Source: Gordius albopunctatus (Eukaryota). Taken from it: a stretch of 64,000 nucleotides of DNA. The notes below the pieces were generated by a model. The model saw nothing but the letters and a program-made list of their open reading frames with translations, had not been told where the DNA came from and searched no databases. The position numbers were made by a program, and so were the translations under genes. Numbering within the stretch: the stretch's first letter is position 1; every line of letters starts with the position of its first letter. The DNA lies in NCBI GenBank assembly GCA_964276515.1, contig OZ193909.1, forward strand, positions 1,550,001 through 1,614,000, given 5' to 3'. Of this stretch, positions 49,178 through 61,100 are shown piece after piece.

Positions 49178-52100
49178 TTAAACACATTCACGATCAACAT
49201 TCAATTTGTGTAGGCGTATGCTAAAATCTTCGGAGCCAGAAGCCAAAATAAGGGAAAGGTCCAATTCTTTTTTTTCACCGCAATCTAACGTGGGCCGAAA
49301 GGCTAGGCGCTTCACTGGCAAACTGTGACTACGTTTTGATATAAACATTGAAATCTTTTGTACAAATGATTTGTCAAATAAAGGCTGGGGGGGAGATCTA
49401 TTACAGATTTGCTTTAAATTAGATTGCCCTGACATACTTACAAACTTATTCCTTATAAATAATTGATATGCTCGCAAATGCCCATCCTGCTATGAGAATT
49501 GTGTGTCTAGTCCAATTTTTTGTGAATGATAAAATCAAAATATTTTCTGGTAGCATTATTAACTGCCTAAAATTATGTAGTAAACTAATTGATTTTTTCA
49601 ATAACTTATTGAAAAAACAACCATCCCTTTCAACTGTTTGATAATATTTTTCTAATTAATGGAGGATATATAAATATGAGCCAAGTCCTAGAGATTTAAC
49701 TTCCCCTTCCCTATATAATCATACTTTTAAGAAAGGCCATATCATCAATGATTGTAGAAAGTTTGGTTACCTTTGGGGCACTTGAAATAGCATAGTAAAC
49801 GACGGGGAATTAGCGGTGGTGGATTGGTGCGGGCTTAGAGAATAGCATTTTATGGCACCCGACTCCAAACCCAAAGCTACCACATGAGTCGCGCAATGAC
49901 TAAAAAACGTAGTAAAATCTGTAAATTAGCAATAAATTCATAATCTGCATTTAAATTTTGAGCATATTTATTTCGATAAAGCGTCTTACTCTTTGTCAAT
50001 TTGGGTATGTAAAGCAGCTATATTAGCGACTGCCGTGATAGGGCAATCGAGAGTGAGTACATTAAGTTTTTCAGAATTCCAACTTAATACCTTTTCCTCC
50101 GATTTGGTAGAATCTTGTGGCGTCCAGAGTATTGCCTGACGATAAGAAGGGTTATAACAAACATGAAAATTTTGTACACATTTTTCTACATTTATTTCAA
50201 TTTAAACAGTTTTTTCTCGATATATCTCATTCATTTTAAACAAAATTTATTATCAGTAAAATCCACCCAAAACCATATTTCAGCCCAAAATCACCTCTGG
50301 AAAGTAAGGAATATTATAACTAGAAGGAGTAATATGTTAAACCCTGCAGATTTACAATGAAAAATAGAGCGAGTTTTGGTTTCTCAAACCATTTTTTAGC
50401 AAAATCCTGTAAAGTCAACTCAACTTGTTCCAGTCCGCGACCCGAACCTTTTGAGTGACGAAGGCAGGACTCTATGTATGAGGAAATACTATCAAATTCC
50501 ATACCTTTTTATCTCTTGAAACGGTGATAAAGTTGTATTTACAAGGATTCCCTTGCAAAAAACAGCAATCCCAAATAATGCGCGAATGTGAAATCGCTTT
50601 ATTTTTCCCCGCTAACTCATCGAACTTGTCGTAAACTGCGTCGAAACTATCTGAGAAATAGTAGGAATATTCTTAAAATCAGCTCTAAAAATTTTCAAAG
50701 GTAACTCAAACATAAATCGATAGGCTAAAGGCTGATAATACAGGTCTACAAATATTGACCTTGTAATTTTATCCCTCACTCGGACCAACAAGTCTGATAG
50801 AAACTATTGCGCTCAACAACAATATAATGTTCTTACTTTTTCCCCCAAACCTCCAGTTTTTAGGAAAAGCGAGGTTAAAGGTGCAAAAAATGGCCATTTT
50901 AATCTTTTTGAGGCTATATTCCCAGGGCATTACTAATTTATACTGTAAAACATTCACGTATTCCTGCAGATTAAGGTTTCACCTCTATATATTGGAATTA
51001 ATTCACGTAAACGAACGGAAAAAGTCGTTTACTAATTAAAACTCCGCGATATTTCGCGTTTAAATATATGTTTTTAGAGTTTAATAACACACCAACTTTT
51101 CGGTACATAATCCAAGTTCGATCTCGCGAAACGGTCAACAAAAAGATGCCGTCCTGTGAAAATTGCATTCTAGTTACGGTCAAGGAATGACCACCCAATT
51201 TTCCCAGCAATTTCCACGTGCAACAATCCCAAAGAAATATTTCTGCGAAATCTACTTTGCTCGCCTGTTTGGAAAAAAATAAATATGCCAAGCTTAAGAT
51301 TATTTCTAAGCTTAACACAATTCAAAAAGTTTGAAGAGCATATTATATAATAATGTTCTTCCATCCTATAATAGATTTCAAATACAAAAAAACTTGAAAC
51401 TATTTGGTACTATTGTCGTAAAAAGGGCTGGGTTTCATTTGGTCGACTTTTGGTTTTGGTCAACTAAACATATACAGACCAAAGGTTTTAGCCTCTATTT
51501 TTCTTACTCGCCTATCCAGACCAAAGATTTTTTGCTCGATTTATTGATTAAACCTTTGGTCTGTATATGTTTAGTTGACCAAAACCAAAGTTCGACCAAA
51601 TGAAACCCCACCGTTTTTACAACACCGTTCGATACACTCTAAAAACGACATAAAGCACGCTGGTAAAATTACTTTCACATATAAAACTGTTAAACATAAA
51701 AAATTCATAATTTACTAAACGTTGCATTTATAATAGCATTGCTGAACAATAGGTATAGCATTTGAACTTATCTCAAAAAGTCAATGATTAAATCTCACCT
51801 TGCATGCTGAAGCTAGGATATTGTGAACGGGGTTGTAGGCAAGGCTATAAATATCATACCCGTGGCCATATCTATAATCATATTTCATATATTTTAACAT
51901 TACGTATATGTAGTAGTGTTGTAAAAACGATATAAAAACATTTATACTTATTTAATAAGCCAAAATGTAAGTAAATATAGTGTCATATTTATAATGGCTT
52001 TTATATTTTAGGCATCTAAAAAACATTTAATAATAAAATTAGAGCTTTAGTGAGGCCGACAATTTCTATTTTTTGACTTACAATTTCCGTTCCTCCGGCC

Positions 52101-55100
52101 ATAAGGTGCTTTGGTGCAGCAAATTTTCCGTCGGAAAATCTTTAAAAATGAAATTAATTTTAAGTCAAATAAATTCTGTAAAACGATTCCACCATGCTTA
52201 GATACTTATTAAACCATATACTTTTTGGATTATTTTATTTAGCCAACTTATTAGATTTTTGAAACAAATAAAAATCGTTATTATTACAAAAAAATCTTGC
52301 CTAAACTAAATTTTAACAACGTAATATTAAAATGGAGGTGCCGCCAACCTTATTTAAGAACGCTTCAATCTTTTCCAATTGAACCATTTTAACTGAGCTA
52401 ATTTATATTTCATTATTAAACCTTGAGATAGGTAAAAAAATCATAAAATTGCCATTTATTTTACAACTATTTAGGCAAAAAAAGTAATGAATTTTCTCAT
52501 AAAAAACAGTTTTCTAACTGACATTAACGCTAGAGATAAAGTATTAAACTAGAGGAACCTTCTTGGGACATTGCTTGGGCCACTATATTTTGACGTTCCA
52601 TCGCGTTATCGCTGGAATATACGGAGAGATTTGTCAGATCCAACGGATTATTACTAGCTGTATCGGGAATCTGAACCTAGAATCGATAGAAAACAAACAA
52701 TTTGGAAAATTTTCTCCAGTTCATAAGAAAAAAAAGCTCGAAAAAATTGTCTTTTACACTTTTTGATTTTCCAAGTCAAAAGAGTTAAAAATAGCCTTCT
52801 AAATTGATAGAAACATCACCTCCGTTAAACTTGCAATCGTGGAAGAATTTATAAAGACATAAAACTTGAAACTATAGTACCGAAGCTAAATTTTAACTAA
52901 CGTTAATCCATATCTAATAATAAACATGGTCAAATGTTTTAAACGTAAACATAAGGTTTAAGAAAAAAAGATTGTTAACATAATGCCAAATATTCCAATT
53001 CTTCCATAGTTGATTGGCTGACCTATTATGATGATCAAATTCCTTCCTAAAGGTCCCTCTCGCTATTTCCCCGAACAATCAAACAAATAATGCTAAAAAA
53101 ACCGAGTGAAGCCTGGAGCACACCATTTTGTTTCGAGTGACTTACGGTATTCATTTCGTACTCGTTCAGTAGGGGATGACCGGTCCAACGTGCGTAATTG
53201 TTAATAAAATTGCGGGGCGCCTTGAAAATTCGCACGATTTTTTCTTCGGCCCCAGTGGCGTAGGTGTAGGCATTTAGTGCGCTAAGAGCGGTCATGTCGT
53301 AACCGTGAATTTGAGATCTGCACAATTCCATCCAAATGCCACCTCGTTCTCTCCGCCTCGAACCTTCAACTTTCTGCACGTTAATTAGAAATGACATTTC
53401 AAAGAACGTCCTCAATATCTTATAAAGTAAAGTTTGCGTCGTTGTTTATGATATGGTTGAAGTGTTTAATGAGTGGGCTCAAATTGGAAAATAAAAGTAA
53501 AATAGATACAATAGAGGAAAAACACGATTTGGCTACGCCCATATGCAATTTGTTATAAGAGTTCTTGGAACTTTTCTAATCACCTGATCTATCCAGGGTG
53601 CGTGCAATCGCGTAGTTTGATCGGCGCTAGTTGTAAGCAGATATTGACCCCGGGGTGCCCAACACAAATCCGTAACTGGTCCACAATGCCCCGTCATCAT
53701 TACGTAGCTATTCCACTTGGAGGTTTCACTCTGATTTCATGGATTAAAGAAAACTATAGGACTTAGAAGGAAAAGTACTGCCCTGCCCCCCACTACATAA
53801 TATATATATATAGGTACGATTCCCGGGGCTACTTACAGTGGCTAGCGTGGTAAAGGAACTTCCGGTGTCTATAAACTAGCTCATTACAAAAACGATTGCC
53901 CCGACCCGCCGCCCTCTAATTGCAATTCTAGCTACACCCATGCCTCTCCTTACCCCCCTCCCCTTTTCCTCTACCCCTCCAGGGTCAAGCCTCTGGTTTA
54001 ATTTTATCGTTTATACAGAAGTTGACATAAAGATATGAACTTCCCAAAACTGTTTGGACACCTTATAGCTCAAAGATTTTAAATATGCAGAAATATTACC
54101 ATATTTTGCATATATAAGTCAAGTAAATTGCAAAAAAATCAAAGCTTTGAGCCATAAAACTCTTTGCCAAAATGAAAAGACTCAACTAATGGCCAAGAAA
54201 TCCTTGTTGATGCACCATAAACAATTAATAATATTTACATAACAAAACTTTAGGCACATTTAATCTTGCCTAGAATAAGATGAGATAGGAAAACTTTAAT
54301 ATGTATCAAGAGTCAAGGATTTCTATTTTGTCATAGTCCAAAAGGTGAAATTTGAATTCAATTCCGCAAAGTTTACTTTCTTCCACGTGTGCAAAGAGCC
54401 ATTTATGGCGTTGGCTAGCACCATGTGTCCGTCTGGGCTGAAACATGCTCCATAAAATCCCAAACCTTTTATCGTTCCCAAACGAACCTGTTATTGTGAG
54501 ATAGCGTATAGATGATACCTTTTAGATGTCATTTCATTTATTTTTGCTTTCTTCTGTTTTCTTACATTAAAGTCTTTTATGTTTTATTAGTGATAAAAAA
54601 TAATATCATTTTTGGTTGAGCAACATGATTTAAAAAATTAGTTAATTAAAGAAATATCTAGTTTCATCATGCTCTAAGTTGACTGTGCGATTTGATAGTT
54701 GTTAGTATTATAAGATAAAATAAACAAAATCAACTCAAATGTTGAGCAAGTCAATCGTCGTTCTTATAAAATTTTATAAAAGACTAGCAGTGCCCGGCCA
54801 AGCGTTGCTTTGGCTTAGTTCTATATCAGTTAAATATTATTACGTATTGATAGGACATATATGAAAGAATTTGGGTCATCTTTAAGAGAGAGAGATATGC
54901 AAAATAGGCAATTTATATACGTTATTCTAAAATTATATAAGGTCTTTTAAACAGAAAATTAATAAATTTTTCAAATTTGTATAACATTGTAATTTAGATC
55001 GTCTGTTAAAATTTAAGAAGTGAGCTTAGGAAAGTTAGAATATAAGTAGAAATATGTATTATTTATTTGTAGGATTAATTTAATATGATTATAAATAAAT

Positions 55101-58100
55101 ATATTAGACGTATACATTTTCTATATTGATATGGGGCACGAATTTTATCACGTCATGGAATTTAAGACAAACCAAATGCCAATTCTGTTTTAGTCATCAA
55201 ATCCGACTAAAATGAAATGTTTTTGAAAAAATTGCTGATCAATGCTGTTACTTATTATACAATAATACCATTATTTTATTTTTCTAGTTAGCTGATTTAT
55301 TTGAAATGCAATTTTATTTAATATAATCAAATAATAATTAATTGAAGGATGGATAATTATTAAAAATATGCTTCTATGATCGACCACGTGATAATAATTT
55401 AAATATTATTTATTTAATTTAAATAGTTGATTAAACGCCAATAGTTTTGTCCGTATACTGTAACATTTCTATTATACTTTTACATATCTAATTAGAGAAA
55501 ACTTCAGCCTTGTATGTATGACGTCATTATTGTATATGCTGCTATAAATTAAACTGGCCGGGAAATGTCCGATATTTTTAAAACGAAAAGGTATTTTAGG
55601 ATTCTGAAAAAGCTATTTTACCCCTGGCCACCCTGGGAACCTACGGTTTAATTTTCGCGCGAATCGGGCCGGTAGTTTCAGAATTTAGCCCTTACATACG
55701 TACATACACACATACATAGACTTTACTTTATATATATAGATGTTTCAATAAAAACTATTGCTTTCTTATAAAAATAACAAATTATATCAAAAAGATTCTT
55801 ATCAGTATGAGAGATATATAAATTTGGTGAGTCTGTAGTAGAGTAGAGACCTGCACGGGTGACCACACCCGACCTTTGAAATTTTAAATCGGATCGGGTC
55901 GAGCTGAAAAATTTTGAAAACGCTTTCGGGTTAAAAAAATAACTTTGCAGAGCTCTACCCTGTGGTGACAATGTTGCCTCCAATACGTAAGGCTAATCTA
56001 TCAAACATCCATTTAACGAAAATACGATAGGTCGATTTGCTATTGAAGAGTTGGTTTTTCCGCAAAAAGGCTTAATATATCTCAAAGACTATTACATTTT
56101 CTCAAGTAATCACAGAGAACTTTTATAAAACCTAGAATAAGGCAAGACTATCGAAGAGCTCCATATACACGCTTATATAATAATTTTTAAGGAGATATGT
56201 AGTCGCTAGTTAGCACTCATTGATCCAAAGATTGCATTAATAAATAAAATTTTCCCATAGCTGTTTGTCACACTCAGGTCGTCAGCTTCTTCAGATATTT
56301 GGGTGATGGGTGATGCTCGGCTATCCAGGTCAGAGAGCCGTGTTGACGATGTGATATATCTTAAATATTTTGTAAGAAAGTGCCCAAAGCGGGATTTGAA
56401 CCCGCGAGCTTTTGTTCAAAGACAAAGCCTATACGAACTACGCTCCCAAGCCTTTAAAGAGTGTTTTCGTAGCAACTACATTATTAAACTCAAGTGGTGT
56501 TAAATATATATTTTATAGCAACAAAGACCTTCTACACCTCCCGTTCCCAAAAAAGATTTGTGGGGTCTATTACAAGCCAGGAGGTCAACTAAGCGCGTTG
56601 TTAACACTAACTTGATCTAACCAGAGCTCCGAGCTTGGATCGTATTGCCAGAGTATGCAAGTTTCGTCAATCGATGCCGAAATGAAGGACAATCGATCGG
56701 GTGATTCGTGATCGGCAGCTGATATTTTGGCAAAAATTTGTAATTTTTAATTTAATTTCGAATAAAGTGAAAAACCCGAAGGATGCCATTTCACGGAGTA
56801 AACCCAATTTTTGTGAGCGTGCAACGTCGATTCCAAACTGATTTCGTACTCGATTCCCGTTTGATCTAAAAATCAAACGAAATCGGCAAAGGTTTAATAA
56901 GCATAGTAAGGTATCACCTTTAATTACAGTTTCCAAATAATTAATAACTGAGATGAGATTTTTTGCTTTTAAATAAAATCCAAGTGCACAACATTAGAGA
57001 GTCCCCGAACTAATGTCCACACTTTATTTACGTGATACATGCACGGGGGCGTAGCCACCATTGGGATTAAAGGGGGGCAATAATGATTTAGGGATGGGCA
57101 AAATGATCATTTTTTAAAATTTTAGCCCCATAATTTTAATAAATTTCAACAATTTTTTGGATCTAGAGGGGGGCCGCCGCCCCCGGCTGCGCTCGTGCAT
57201 CCATGGGTGGCCCAAAGAGTCATAGTTTTAATATACAAATTCAAACAGACAAATAAAAACGGAACATCCAAACCGTAGAAGAAACTGAGCTTTCCAGAAG
57301 TATAAATTAAACATTACTTAATACTATTCTAAGGCGAATAGTATATATATTTAATTTCGGATTCCTACATTCTGAACTTTCTTTATTTATTTTCAACGAG
57401 AAAAAGAATGATAATGATATATATCCGCGATCGCGATGGCAATAAAAGCGAGTGGTAAATGTAAAATCATCGTTACGCGTAAAAATTACTTTTATCCTGT
57501 GTGTTAGCGTTAGAGACCTGCACGGGCGGCCCGAGGCCCGGCCCGGCCCGGAAAAGCCCGGGCCCGGCCGGGCCCGGGCCCTAAATTTTGAGGCATCAAA
57601 ATTCCGGGCCGGGCCGGGCCTAATTCATAAATAACAGGCCCGGCCCGGAATAATTTAGAGGTAGTAGCCTAAGTAGTCTTTGATTCTGTTAAAAAATATA
57701 TTTCAAACAATTGATTAATTACAAGTTATTGCATCTGTTAAACACTCATTCATTTATTTCGCGCTTTTTTCAATATAATACCAACAATTGAATATGGAAC
57801 AACGAAGAAAACTTCTGCAAATAGCCGAATATATCCAGAAAGATTTTTATAAGGTAAGAGATAATCTTACCGGGAAGAGTCAAGTATGGAAAAGATTCCT
57901 TTTTGTCTATGACAATATGGATATGAAGATAGATTATGTTTTCTGCAAAGCATGCAAGAATGTATTATCTTATAATTCTTGCCAATCAGGTATTTATTAA
58001 TGTTAGTTTTGCTTTTGATAATGCTTAATAGGGAACACTCATCTCCAAAGGCATAAATGCTCTAAATAAGTCCAGGAAAAAAAAAATAGGGAAAAATTGG

Positions 58101-61100
58101 ACAACTACTTATGTAACCCATCCTCAAAAAAACTTAAAAACCCTGCAATAATTAAAAAAGATCTCATATCCTCAATAGCCCATTTTTGTGGAAGGGATAT
58201 GAGATCTTTCAATACAATTCATGGTGATGGGTTTATACAATTAGCCCAGCATTTAATCAGATTGGGCTCTATACATGGTAATATTGATGCTAAGGATATT
58301 ATGCCATGTCCAACAACTATATCCAGACATATGGTTCAAACTATGGAACATGAGAGAAATAAAATATATCCCACCATTTTCAAAGCCCTTTCTGAAGGAC
58401 ACTGCTCAGGTATAAAATTATAATTCAAACTATATAATGTATTAATAAGGCACAACAGATATGTGGCATGATGGTTATAAAAAAAACAACTATATTACAT
58501 TGACATTACACTATGTGATTGGTTATAAACTTTACAAAATTGTATTGTTTACAATTAAGTTTGAAGAAGACAGGAAAACTGGGGAAAATATAAAGAAGGA
58601 AATACTAAACAAATTTCTTTCTTTAGGTATTATATTATGCTTAGGTTTTTATAAAATGGTTTTAAGGTTACACCCATAAACAGTTCTTAGATATGATCAT
58701 AGTTACTGATCAAGGCAGTAACATGATCAGTGCCTTTCAATGTCAAAAAAGGCTAAATTGTTCAGCTCACATCCTCAACACGATTTTACGGAACACATTT
58801 AAAAATGAGTATCTAGAGCAGAATCATCCTAGTATCTATGAGACTATGAGTCAGTGCCAAAGCCTTATTGTAGATATGAAACGGACAGGGTAAAAACTTA
58901 GAATTTAAATTTATATTTATTAGGTTGGTAAATAAACTGACTCAAGGCCTACATTTATGTGTGGAAACAAGATGGAATAGCCGTCTTCGAATGTTTGAAA
59001 CATTTCTTAATGTTTACAGTGAATTGAAAAGTCTTCTTGAAGAATCGACACTTCTTGTTAAATTTAATGACATAAATAAATATATTGTGGAGGAGCTTGT
59101 AACCTTTTTGAAGGTTTTCAAAATTGCCAGTGACGATCTAGAGGCAGATCTAAAACCAACATTGCATCTAGTTGGTTTATATTATTATAAATTAGAAAAA
59201 GAGTTGGAGTCATACATCCAAAAAAATACAACAATGAAAATTTTAGCATCTCGTTGTCTAGAATTTTTACACAGCAAGTTTACCCTTGATATAAATCATA
59301 AAATAGCCATATTTTTATGTCCCCAATTTAAAAGTTTGAGAATGTTGCCCCCCTCAGATTTTAACATGATATGCCAAGTAGTTAAATCCCTAGTTTCTAG
59401 GGATGGGGGCCATTTATTACAATCACAAGTAACTGTTAGTGCCAACACTCATTCAGTTCAAGGTAATTAATTAATTCTTAAAATATAATATTTATAACTA
59501 GGTTGTGATGATGGTTCATCGTTTCAAGACTTTAGTTCTTGGCATGAAACATCCATTATGGAGGAAGTAGTAGAGGAGAATGAAGTTGACAGTTACATAA
59601 AGTTAAAGATCAATGAGAAAAATATAGAATTATTGGAATGGTGGAAAGACCACAGTGGCCAATTTCCAGCGCTTAGCTGCCTTGCTTGTAAGATTTTTTC
59701 AACACCGGCTTCATCTGCCTCGAGTGAGAGGTGTTTTTCGTCCGCGGGCCGCATTTTTGAAGAGCGGAGAACAAATTTAAACTCGGAGATTTTTGATGCT
59801 TGTATTTTTTTACATCAAAATAGTTCCATTATCGATTTATAATTTTATTATGTGCGTTTTATTTTTTAATAAATAATTTTACAAAAATTGCGTTTGATTT
59901 AATTTTTAGCAATTATTAAAATTCCGGGCCGGGCCCGGGCCGGGCCTTATTTTTAAAGATGCTAAAATTCGGGCCCGGGCCGGGCCTATTTTACATTTTA
60001 AATTTCGGGCCAGGGCCGGGCCGGGCCTTAAAAAAATCGATTTTGCAGGTCTCTAGTTAGCGTATAGTATACGTGTATGTGGGGAATAAACAATTTGGCA
60101 CATTTCGAAAATAAATGTTTTTTAAATCAAACTTCTGAGTAAAAGGGGTCATAAAAAGAGAAGTAAGACGGGGGGGGGGCAGAGGGCAAGTTTAGAAATT
60201 ACATTGCAAATCTATGGTTTTAACACATTTTAATTTTTGTTAGTCGCATCGAGTTAAAGATTGAATACAAATCCAATAACAATTTATTAAATTAAAGGGA
60301 TAGGGAAATAGAAATCGCGGCACCGTTCTTTACTGTCATAACTTACGATGGATTATTAAAAATCGAAAATTTATATTCAAAAATTACAAAAAAAAATGGT
60401 CTAAACAGATTGGAAAGGTGTCCCCCGCAAAATTTAATGGTAATAAAATTAAAATAAATGGAACAAAAATTTAGATTAGCAATGATACATTTCATTTAAC
60501 CTCGTCACGCCCTTAACCACCTCAATCTCAAAATTTAGTAATTGTTTTACCAGCGCATAAAATTAGTAAAAATATAGGTAAATTTTTTAATTAAATCTAA
60601 AAAAACCTTTAAAGGTTTCGGTAGTCGATTGGAAACAGTCGTCGAGCTGGTTAGTTTCGTGGTTTTGAGCTAGCCGCGGGGCTATGGCCCATATTCTTAT
60701 TGTGCAATCTTGTGAGCACGAGAGTAAATATATCTTACCTGCGAAATGCAAAATAAATATAGAGTGTGATAGAGAGGGGCGAAATGAACAATTTTTTTAT
60801 TTAATTTTAGCCAAAATTTTTAGATTTAGAGGGGGGCAGCCGCCCCTCCCCCATCAGCTACCCCATGGTATAAACTTGGAAAGTTTCCATTATTTTTATA
60901 TATATTTAAGCCCTTGTATGGACGTAGGTATTCAAGATAGGTGATCCAATATGAATAAATGGCCATGATTTAGATTAATTAAAAATTAATAATTAATCTA
61001 TACTCAAAACTGACCACATTGTAAATATTTTTTAAAGTTAATTAAAGGGCTTTGTTGACACTCAAACGTAGGCAGTAGGCGCTTTTAAGCTTTTATATTT

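Noticed and set aside
58067..58069. TAA reassignment (alternative genetic code) as the reason for the transposase stop
   Set aside because: Host genes here end in TAA (release factor, kinase, FUT, ELP2) and their reconstructed exons show no in-frame stops.
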